From Tubulanus polymorphus (Eukaryota; Animalia; Nemertea): a DNA stretch of 64,000 bases. Location of the stretch: NCBI RefSeq assembly GCF_964204645.1, contig NC_134032.1, forward strand, positions 5,878,275-5,942,274. The letters run 5' to 3'. This document shows, in pieces, positions 25,879 through 36,744 of this stretch. Below the pieces are notes generated by a model that had not been told where the DNA came from, ran no database searches, and worked only from the letters and a program-made list of their open reading frames with translations. The position numbers and the translations under genes are program-made. Each line of letters starts with the position of its first letter. Position 1 is the stretch's first letter.

Positions 25879-28818
25879 GAAAGGCTGAATCCAAGAACAT
25901 GTCTATCGCAATTTTGAGCCCAAACGTCTTCTTTTACTTAGTAGCCACTTGAGAACAATAAGCAATTAACGATATCAGCTACTTTTCCAGTAGTATACCT
26001 TTCAAAACAGTCACTCTGAGGTTGCATTCCTTTCAATTCGGTTGGTTTTCTATAGTGGCTGTTTCGAAGAGTCTACTATTGAAAAGTGACCATTTTAAAA
26101 CATCTGGTTTCGATAGTGCACACTAGCAGTAGAGGTGACTGTAAAACCACCCGTCTGTCAACAGTGACTTTGTGATAGTAACTCTTACCATAACAGCTAC
26201 TCTTAAAACACATCGTTTCTAAAAGTCAACTATTGAAAAGTGACCATTTTGAGATGGCATGGTAATTTCCTGTTCAAAATAGCAGCATCTGTTTTAATTA
26301 AGATTTGCAGTGATACGTGACAGGGTCAAAGGTACTGTTAAACCCTATCTGCTTTCTATACAGAACTCTGTATGCTTTGAATACAGTTCTGTGAATAGAA
26401 AATCAAAGTTTTTGAGTTGCTGAGAATCCCCTAAATTATATCATCATGGATTAAATCCATTAATACGAAAATATAGTGCCAGTCCTAGAATTTTTAGAAT
26501 TTTAAGATTTGCGATTATAAAACATTCTGGTGCGTTCATAAATCTTTGATTTTGTAGAAAAGAAAGACAAAAAATAGATTTGTCTTTTAGGCTTAATTTG
26601 TTTTTAAGGGTATATGAGAGAGAAATATACAAATAAAATTATATGTTGAGAAAATGAATTACGAAAAAAATGTATCTAAAATACTTAGAATTCACCTTGA
26701 ATTTATTGTTTATTTCGATACAAATGATTTTTAAGTAATCCATGTGATGTTCACTTTGTCACGCGGTTCTCTGCTTGTTCGTTCTTGAATATCGTTGTAT
26801 CGTTTGTTAGAAGTGATACCCTAATCAAAATCTTATTTCGTAGTTATATAGTTTGGTTGAAATGAAATTACCAAGTATAATGAAAGATCAAAGGATTAGC
26901 GTATAAGAGTTGAGTGTTGAGATGTTCACGTAATTTTGAAATCAGCAATTTCATTTGATAGAGAAAACTTCGTTTGGCTTAAGAAGTGAAAGAAATGTGA
27001 TTTCTGTAAACTGTAATTTCAGTTTCACATACTTTCCTACTTTGTTGAGTAAATTGTTTATATAGGTTATCAAAAACTCAGCAGCAGCTATCGGTCAGCA
27101 GGTCAATTACACTGGCTAACTAGACAGTGATTGATGAAACAATGAACTAACTGCACTAACCACCTAAAGACCACGAACCAAAAGTAATCACCTCTCTTAA
27201 TTGTAATAAACTTAGCACCGCAATATCTCTATGAGACTATATTTTATTTTCGAATCGATGAACCAATGAATCGCTGAATTATAACATAATCGTCAGTTTT
27301 CTCCAACTAAACTCTTTTTTTCTCAAATTATTGTAAACCAACGTTACCAATACTTGAATTTGGAAGCGAATGCGGGCTAGAACCAACAAGGGTACCGCTT
27401 TAAGGTGCAGATATACAGGGAATCCCTCTCATAGCGACAAACTCGGTTGTATATCCCTTCTGTGCCGAAAAGTAAATAATTTTCGATCTAAACGGCTACA
27501 GGACCCGAAGAAGTCGAATAAAATACTCTAAACCGTGTTAACTGTAGATAAATGAAGAAATTCCACAATAGAATTTTGTATCATGAAATTTATTAAAGTT
27601 GAACCACAACGTTTCGGCTGTTAACTGACAGCCATCTGACTAAAAGCCCTTCTCACTAGGAATGCCTACATTCCACCTGCTGATGGCTGTTAGTCAACAG
27701 TCGAAACGTTGCGGTTTCACCATAACAAATTTTATCATATTTAAAATTCTATTGCGGGATTTCTTCATTCATGACCCCAGGGACGATCACCAAAGGCTGT
27801 TACCGTAATCCAAATGATATCTTGAATACCATACAAAGTTTCTTCTATTAAATTCGATGAAATATGGGCTCTCTTAGAATTTTTAAAATCCACATGGATA
27901 AAGCATATTTTGTTTTAAAAAAATCAATGATTTTGCGAAATTAGGATTCATGGAAATTCGGACACTCCGAAATGCACATCTTAATTTAAGATGCAAAGAC
28001 AACCATGCCCCCGTTGAAAATAAACCACCATTTCAATAATGAGAGGTTAGCCTGAATTCATGATTGTGCTTTTAATCTACGAATTTAAATCAAAAATAAA
28101 TGCAGACCTATGCTTGAAAAAAGCTGCATTTGTTCAAATTGAATTCATGAAAAGAAGGAAATTTCGATTTATCTTAAAACTACATAACTATTGACAATTT
28201 GTAAACAAATTTAATTCCAATCTCGACTTTTATTGGTTAGAGTTGGGAATCGCTCATTACATTTCACATCCTCAAAGAGTATCTACAATATCTTCGGATC
28301 TTAACTGAGTCACTCTTAATGAAACTATACCCCAAACTATAGAGTGAGTAGAGTTTTCCGTATGTTTATATTGTCACGTATCACTGCAAATTTGAAGCAT
28401 ATGTTGCTACCGTGTATTTATAACAGGGAATCTGGCAAGCGATCTCAAAATGGTCACTTTTCAATGGTTGACTTTTAGAAACGATGTGTTTTGAGAGTAG
28501 CTGCTATGGTAGGAGTTACTATCACAAAGTCACCGTTAACAGGCGGGTGGTTTTACAGTCACCTCTACTGCTAGTGTGCACTATCAAAACCAGATGTTTC
28601 AAAATGGTCACTTTTCAATAGTAGACTCTTCGAAACAGCCACTATAGAAAACCAACCGAATTGAAAGGAATACTATTTCAGAGTGACTGTTTTGAAATGT
28701 ATACTACTGGAAAAGTAGCTGATATCGTTAATTGCTTATTGTTCTCAAGTGGCTACTAAGTAAAAGTAGACGTTTGGGCTCAAAAGTGCGATACACATGT
28801 TCTTGGATTCAGCCTTTC
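25879..28818. mobile_element. Non-autonomous DNA transposon with ~380-440-bp TIRs and 4-bp AATT TSD (Sola-like)
   Basis: GAAAGGCTGAATCCAAGAACATG.. and ..CATGTTCTTGGATTCAGCCTTTC. AATT at 25875-25878 and 28819-28822. AWWT TSDs are typical of Sola1, so the family call is inference. Confidence 0.88.
27673..27716 (+). ncRNA. Minimal hammerhead-like motif (CUGA mutated to CUGC), with a partial inverted copy at 27603-27640
   Basis: CCAC-CTGCTGA-TGGCTGTT(agtc)AACAGTC-GAAACGTT-GCGG. The consensus with 9930-9985 gives an intact CUGAUGA/GAAAC core. Confidence 0.65.
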
Positions 28819-29633
28819 AATTGTTTGACAGTTGAAATGATAAATTGTTTGACAGTTGAAATGATAAATTGCTTGGCAGTTGAAATGATAAGACAGCTGA
28901 AATGATAAATTGTTTGACAGTTGAAATGATAAATTGTTTGACAGTTGAAATGATAAATTGTTAGACAGTTGAAATGATAAATTGTTCGACTGTTGAAATG
29001 ATAAGACAGTTGAAATGATAAATTGTTGGACAGTTGAAATGATAAATTGTTTGACAGTTGAAATGATAAATTGTTTGACAGTCGAAATGATAAATTGTTT
29101 AACAGTTGAAATGATAAATTGTTCGACTGTTGAAATGATAAATTGTTCGACAGTTGAAATGATAAATTGTTTGACAGTTGAAATGATAAATTGTTTGACA
29201 GTTGAAATGATAAATTGTTTGACAGTTGAAATGATAAATTGTTCAACTGTTGAAATGATAAATTGTTTGACAGTTGAAATGATAAATTGTTTGACGGCTG
29301 AAATGAAAAATTGTTTGACAGTTGAAATGAAAAATTGTTTGACAGTTGAAATGATAAATTATTTGACAGTTGAAATGTTAAATTGTTTGACTGTTAAAAT
29401 GTTAAATTGTTCGATTGTTGAAATGTTAAATTGTTAGACTGTTGAAATTTTAAATTGTTTGACTGTTGAAATGTTAAATTGTTAGACTGTTGAAATGTTA
29501 AATTGTTTGGTTGTAAATTTAATTGTTATTTGATTTAATTATTTAAAAGTTTAATATTTTAAAAATCATTATAAAATATTTAATTAAAAACTAGCAAATA
29601 TTTTATAAACTGTTTAATTTCTTTCTTAAATAA

Positions 29634-29852
29634 ATGGATGGTTTCATCCAAACTGGGAAAAGTGATTTGAAACATTATTTAGTAGCAGGAGGATTAATAT
29701 TGGCTGCGCTTTTCTTTTATTATGAAAATATCAGTAAGGATTTGATTAATGAAAATATAAAATTGAGCAAGAAATTAAAGAAGTTAAATGGAAACAACCA
29801 CAGAAAGAATAACAATAAAAAAGTTAATGATTTAAATGATTTGGAGGATTAA
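29634..29852 (+). CDS. Small single-TM hypothetical protein
   Basis: Starts at TAAATG. Hydrophobic YLVAGGLILAALFFYY followed by a basic tail. Confidence 0.6.
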   Translation: MDGFIQTGKSDLKHYLVAGGLILAALFFYYENISKDLINENIKLSKKLKKLNGNNHRKNNNKKVNDLNDLED

Positions 29853-29899
29853 AACAGCATCTTTTAATTTAATTTATTCTATATATTTTGACTATAAAA

Positions 29900-30205
29900 A
29901 TGAGTGAAAATAAGGTATTAGAAATATAACATCTAATATATAAAAATCAACAGAATATTAAATCAATTATCATGATTTCAGGTTTATTTTCATTCTCAGT
30001 TTATAGTATAAAACAGTTGTTAGAATTCTATGATTGCTGTAAAATTAGATACACTGAATTAATAGAAAATATAAATTATATTTCAGATAGATTGAATAAT
30101 ATTAAATGCTGTAAAATATGCAATAAAAGATATAAAAATAAAAAGAGTTTGAGTAATCACATGTATATTCATGAACTTGATGAAAAATTATATGAATCAA
30201 AATAA
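29900..30205 (+). pseudogene. Small C2H2 zinc-finger protein (5' end probably frameshifted)
   Basis: CKICNKRYKNKKSLSNHMYIH. An upstream ATG at about 29900 is interrupted by a stop. Confidence 0.6.
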
Positions 30206-31968
30206 GCAATCGACTGTTAAATTAGCTTGTTGGGTTCTTCTTCTTCTGTCTTCATTTTAATAACAAAAATTTTATTAAAATGAATCCAACGCATATAAAT
30301 ATAAATATTCAATGATTTATGAATTATTTCACTCACACTTTACTCAGACTTTTTTCTAGCGAGTAAAAATGAAAAATAAATTCGGGCGTGTGAGAATTAT
30401 TTTTCATTTTTTATGAGTTTCGCGACTAATTCAAGTAGAAATTGTTATTATTTTCATGTTTTTCATTTTTAATGAGCTCGACCGTTCGACCTTTGGTATA
30501 GAACAACTAAACCCCTATTACTCCTACTGTCTAATCATTTAAAAGCTTTGCCTTCACATGGAACTATTTCCGCCTTATCACAGGTGCACTCGTGCCGCCG
30601 TGATTCGCCCATTCAACGATACAAACTTTCTCACGGTCTTACTATCGGCATTTTCTAATAATTTAGGGAAATATTTTTAAAAAATTGCACACCCTGCATT
30701 AATAAGATTAAAATATTCATTCGTTTGACGAATCTCCCTCTGAACTCCCACTTAACTCCCCAATGAACTTAGCTTCATAAGATAGATTTTAAAACAATCC
30801 GTGTTGAAATAAGCTGTGTACGTCTGAAATAATCCAATAGTTTCCAGTCTCTAATCCCGCACCGCATGATCACCATTCGTAGCGTATTTAATCCTTTTAG
30901 AAGTTGTTTAGATTCTTAAATTCTTTCTGATGATACTGTTGATACTGTTATACATAACACAACAAACATATAATGGATAGCCAGCAGTAGAGCTGTGAAT
31001 ATAGTGAAGGAATGATGTTGTTTTATAGATTTTATATATGGCCTATGAGTACTGAGTTCACACACTTGTATGTTTGTTTGGCAACGATGATGCGTGGCTG
31101 CGGTCGAGGTGCATGCGCTATATAGGTCAATGATCCAGTTATTTTATTTTACTGATTTAAGACAAATAAGTGATGATTTTTTTCTATCAGGCTGATCCCA
31201 GGTCGTCATTTATATACTTAAGTATCATTTGGAAAGTAAATCTCAAAATGTATGAATTAGAGATGAATTAGAGGGCACTTGACCTTCATGAACAGCTTGA
31301 GAATACCGTAAAGTCTACGAGGCTCTCGTGACCGTAGCCATTTTAGTAATAGCAGGATGCTGTCATATTGTACGATGATCCCTACAAATTATGTTACTTC
31401 AATCAGGTTCGTTTTTGACTTCTCTTTTCTTTTTCATTCTGATCCACGTTGATGCTTCGAAAAACAATTTCACTTTCCAAAACGAACCAGGTAGCCGAAA
31501 AGAATGAATCAAAGATCCCTTGAAAATTGTGCAAAAGTTATCTTAAATACACTTGGCAAAATATGATATGAAATATATGTATTGTCTATTTTTGGTAAAC
31601 TGTAACATTTATACATTGACATAAACATATAAACATGTGAAAATAGATATTCCGATACAAGACAGGAATGTGTTGACCTTATTGATTTCATTCGGGTTAG
31701 TGGAATTTAGGATAAAATGTCAACATTATTGCGAGGAAATAAACGCCTGCGAAGAAATCTAAAACCAGGATTCGAAACCATGGAATGATCCCAAGTATAA
31801 CTAACGGGGCGAAGTGATGACAGCTTGAGGGTAGCTCAAATTACATCCCAATTACAATCTACATTTGAACATCTGTTTTAAAGGGTGACTTCAGTAAGTC
31901 TATTGAATATTTATATGAAATGGTTTAAAGGCAAAGGGCCAAGGTAGTAATGATGTTTATTTTTTTCA

Positions 31969-32075
31969 GGTGACAAATCGCACATTAAGTTTGTTCTGAT
32001 ATTTTAAGCCAGATGACTTTCAAAGAACTTTCAAGCGATTAAAAAGCTAAAACCTGGAGTTGTTCCAAGTGACCA
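31969..32075 (+). pseudogene. THAP-domain fragment
   Basis: After a splice-acceptor-like TTTTTTTCAG: VCS.(.)F.PDDF and KLKPGVVPS. Confidence 0.5.
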
Positions 32076-32286
32076 TAAACAAATGTTTATCTTCGGTCTT
32101 ATTTGACTACAAAATAATTTTTTAAGAAAGATAAAACACAATTTAAACTTCTAGAACTTTGAAGTCACGAATAAAAAAGATTTTTCAAGCAATACCCTTA
32201 CTCCAAACAACCTCTAGCTTTCAAGGTAAACCGCACATTGCCCATGGGCAATTTATTTTCAGTATTACTGTGGACAATCTCATTTG

Positions 32287-32445
32287 TTGCAACTTCCAGC
32301 ACTAGTGGGCCAAGTGCAACTTCCAGCAATAGTGGGCCAATTGCGACTTCCAGCACTAGTGGGCCAAGTGCAACTTCCAGCAATAGTGGGCCAATTGCGA
32401 CTTCCAGCACTAGTGGGACAATTAAGACTTCCAGCACCAGTACTT
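32287..32445. repeat. 27-bp tandem repeat (about 5.5 units, alternating variants)
   Basis: GC(A/G)ACTTCCAGCA(C/A)TAGTGGGCCAA(G/T)T; reads ATSSTSGPS/ATSSNSGPI on the plus strand. Confidence 0.9.
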
Positions 32446-32479
32446 TTCGATAATTTCAACGGTTCCATTTTTCATCTGT

Positions 32480-33300
32480 TCAAGGTATTTTACTTACGAG
32501 GGAAATACTTTCTGCCTGTGGAAATTTTATCTCCAGGAGGCCATATTTCTCATCACTTTCAGGGTCATAAGGCGAGCAGTCCAAATAGAATACACTCGGG
32601 TTGATGATAAAACCAACTTCATACACATTGATGTCAAAAATCTTCTAATATGCTTCAGCAGCTTTTGTCCCCCTCGACGAGAACAAATATATTTTAATTT
32701 CGATGCAGTCAACCTTGGTTACCTTGATTCGTACCATAATGTGTTGCTGCTCTGATCTCTCGTTTGTTCTTCGTATAAGTATGCTTGTACTGATGTTACA
32801 TCTAGGCTTCTGAATATTCAATGACACTCGTTTGACAGTGGTCCTTGGTAGGTTCTACTCAAATCGAGGAAGTTGAATGATGGGGGAGCAGATATTCCAG
32901 GTATAATGATGTTGTCGGTTGGTTGTACTTCGGAGGCTAACTGATACGAGAGAAGACGCTAGGGACGTCGCCAAAAAACGGTTTTCACCAAAGGGCAATT
33001 TTTTACTGTAGGCGACCATGACTACAAATACTGGGTTGGTGGATCGATCGTCGCCATGTACGGAACCATTTGATCATCTGGTCTAATATCCGAGTGATCA
33101 TCTTCAACCGCTATATGTTGAACGCATTCCATAAGTCCGTTTTCTGACTTCTTAGGCTTCTGGAAAACTATTGAAGGCACAGCTTTTGGTGTCAAGCCTT
33201 CTCGGTGAGATGGAACATGCCATTGCCGAAAAATTGTATCAAAACTTCTTTGAACGGCCATAAGAAACGGACTTTAGATATATGGCAACTACAAAAAATG
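32480..33300 (-). pseudogene. THAP plus YqaJ/lambda-exonuclease-like transposon gene remnant (ISL2EU/Kolobok-type accessory gene)
   Basis: LTPKAVPSI (THAP end); RLTASK..IC; EVGFIINP...L.CSP; GLLEIK.P, across frameshifts. Confidence 0.62.
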
Positions 33301-36300
33301 AGTGTTACCTTGTTTCATCGCATTGGCCGGGTAATTTTGTAAATTCCAATAGAATTTGAAATAGCTGCCTGGTCTATTATTGTTTGCTTGATCCTGATTA
33401 AAAAACGCAATGAACAGGGTAGACATGCGACCGGGCGGGTGTTCTTTTAAGCTCAGCAGACGGAGAAATAAAGTATTATTTTTAGCCTTCAGCAGTAAAT
33501 CAGTTTTTCATTTCAAATGAAAAACTTCCAACTTAAGAACTTCAAAACCTTTTACTTGTTTGTGTACATAAGATTGTATGAGAAAAATGCAAAAAAAGTT
33601 TCATTTGAGTTGCCTCGGGAAATGATGTTTTACTTCTGTATCAAAGTAATTGACCTGCAAAGTAAAATTGAAAAAAGAATTTCGATAATCAATCAAAATG
33701 TTGCTAAATACAACACATTCAACAGAATACAATGAGGTTATAAGAATCGAACAGAATGTAAGCTGGGATATATACCTGTACAGAATGCGGTTTTTCAGTC
33801 TTTTCTGTGACCGATATGATTTACTACGTATGGCCCATTCATTTTGGCCACCCTCATTGTTAAACGCGTTAGTACTACAAAATATAATTTCAAAGACAGA
33901 GGCACACTAGTGTAAAAATCGAGATTTTCAAAAGTTTGGTACGTGAAGTTAAGAAGTTTTGTCTTTGACCTAACCATAAATGGGCTACACTGCTAAATAT
34001 ACGTTTTATTTCTAAAAGTACTCCCCAAACAACCAGTTTAGCTGTACAAGAAATTGTACAAGGGATACACGCCATTTTGACGTCTTGGGTAAGGGAAGTT
34101 CATCTTTTTTGTTGAATATGATAGAATTATCTAATGCAGTGTAAGAATCCAGTTAAAGGGGAACTGCAGTCAAAAAATTGTAATTGGCCATGTATTTCTA
34201 CTCTTGTTGTTGTTTAGCATATTGCTAGTTGAAATTTCCAATTCTTCCTAATTAACTTGTATGCAACGATTTTAATACTGTTATCAGCAGAATTTACGGC
34301 AGTTGGAAGCCGCCATATTTAAATTCCAATGTGAGTCATCTAAACAACGATGACGTATCCCGGCCCATCACCCATTAACATGTATGGCAGTGGGCCGAAC
34401 TACGCCACAGCCGAGAGAAAAGCGTCTGCTACGCGGAGAAAAGGCGGCGGTCAGGCTCTCTACAAATCGTTCTCTGATTTTGCCGAATCTCTGATGACGC
34501 TTTATCGCTTCGGCTAGTCTGATACTTACTGATCATTACATTCCTGTTTGGCCTGCTGGGGAAGTGGGCACATGAAACTGTTCTAGCCTAGTGCTGATTG
34601 CAGGTTCAATCTAAAATGTTATAAAACAAGTAAATATTTGAGAATATGGAAGTTCACCAAGAAGTAAGGTATGAAACCATCCTTGGCAAAAGCAGCCCAA
34701 ACATTTCGAGAAGCCTCGGACATTTTTGCAAAGGTTTCACGCGGCATGGTATCACAACGACATTAGCAATTAAAGCAGCAATTAAAGCAGTCCAAATAAC
34801 TCCAACACAATAACTCTCATAATACAAATAGCCTTCGCCGTTTTGAATCTTCTGATATGATATCCGTCATGCTCTCTATTTTTGAATTCGAAAACCTTAC
34901 CGATGTCAATTTTTTTGAAGATCGAGCATTTTCCGTATCCAAAATATATATGCCCATCTTAGTTTAGTCTTCCGTGACAACATATTGTAGCCCATTAATT
35001 GTATCATATTTATGTCTATAATTACTTGGTACGTTTTATGTGATTTCTTTTTGTGTCAGAAAGATTTTGAATAACATCTTAACCAAATGATAAATGAACC
35101 CACCCGTATCATCCCAGATAGTTCTTCTTGCATCGACTTACTACTAACGATTCTCCCGGTCATCTTCAGCATGATGTTATAGCCCCAATCGAAAAATAGG
35201 ATCACTGCGCTCTCTCTGTTAAACTCAATTCGCGTTGCACTGCGCCAGACACAAACGCCGAAAAAATTATCTGGAAATACGACCAATGCAACCTGGTGGA
35301 GCTTAACCGGAGTATCAATACATACGACTGGAGCCCTATTCTCGACAAGAAAGTGAATGATTGCACACTCCTACTTTCAACTAAACTTATGAATTTCTTC
35401 AAAGCCAACATACCACACGCAATTAAAATCATTAAACCAAATGACCAACCGTGGTTCAGTCCGAAATTAAACACGGCTATTAATAAGCGTCAACGTCTAT
35501 ATAAATCTTTTAAACGTACACAAAGCATCTTCCACCTAAATCGTTATAAAGAACAAGATTCTCTAGTACAGGCAATGATTAAATATTCGCGGATCAGCTA
35601 CCAAAATAACTTGCTTGATCGTCTCGATCACGCCGCGACTAACGTTAAAGGTTACTGGTTCTTAATAAAGAAACTAATGGGAAATAAATTCCAGTCTATT
35701 ATTCCGCCCTTAATTGACCCTGTGTCCAACCGTACAGTTCATAGTCAAGTTGACAAGGCTCATTTATTCCTCAGTAATTTGACAGCGAAATATCACTTAC
35801 CAGTTAATAACGACCCTGCACTCCCTGTTTTTCCAAATAGATGCCCCAATAATATAAACTTACCGCGAACTAATCCAGCTGATGTTCGCAAAGTTATCCT
35901 TAATCTTGATACAAACAAAGCATGTGGCCATGACCTAATGACAAATAAAATGCTGAAACTGTGTGTCGATAGTTTATCCCCTTTATTAGCACGACTTTTT
36001 AACAAACTTATTGATGATAACTCTTTCCCTGAGTGTTGGAAACTTGGAACGGTCACTGTCATCTACAAGAAAGGCTCAGGCAGTAAATCTAACCCGGCAA
36101 ACTACATCCCTATAACACTTCTACCCTCACTATCTAAAGTATTTGAATGAATTGTGTACAACAGTATTAGTCATCACTTATTAAGCAACGACCTTATTTA
36201 CGCTAACCAATCCGGTTTCCTTGCGGGTCACTCGACAGTGGACCAGCTTTTGGCTATTACCTCCTTCTTATTCGATAATTTTAATCGCAACAAATATACT

Positions 36301-36744
36301 CGCTCGGTCTTCTTGGACATTTCTGCTGCGTTTGACACTCTTCCTCATTATCTCATCATCCACAAGCGAAAATCCTACGGTACTACTGTAAATGCGCTGT
36401 CTTTGATTTCAAGCTACCTCGATAACCGCCGGATACGCATTAAAGTCGACTCAACCTGCTCAAAAAGCGTCGTTATGATTTTTAATACCCACAAACATTC
36501 ATCTTTGACGATAATCTCTCGTTTAATGACCATGTGGAGTCTCTAGCAAATAAGGTGCAACAATTAATAAATCCACTGAAGCACTTGTCCCGATTTGTTA
36601 CATCCCGTCATCTCATAGGATTTACTCGTCTTTCATTAGCCCTCATTTCGACTATGGAAGTAATTGGAATATGGCGTTTTCATACCAGAGGTCGAGAGGT
36701 CGAGACACCACTCATCACCACAAGCAATTTTTTTTTCCTAATAA

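Larger units (their letters stand above)
25605..29510. repeat. 24-bp minisatellite array split by the nested element (25605-25878 and 28819-29510)
   Basis: Same unit as 20045-20436, about 40 units in total. Confidence 0.95.
24668..30522. mobile_element. Complete non-autonomous mini-Polinton-like element (about 2.9 kb without the nested insert)
   Basis: ~295-bp TIRs (24668-24963 and 30228-30522) starting AGT and ending ACT. 6-bp TSD CCTACT at 24662-24667 and 30523-30528. Confidence 0.93.

Noticed and set aside
20163-29437. ORFs of (MINCLTVE)n and (NNLSFQLS)n
   Set aside because: These are translations of a stop-free 24-bp minisatellite on both strands, with no evidence of coding.
32198-32604. 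Mucin-like or hydrophobic-repeat host protein
   Set aside because: Four overlapping ORFs arise from a 27-bp tandem repeat within transposon debris.
34153-34180. Kolobok-like left end TTAA-AGGGGAACTGCAGTC
   Set aside because: No matching right end was found in the window.
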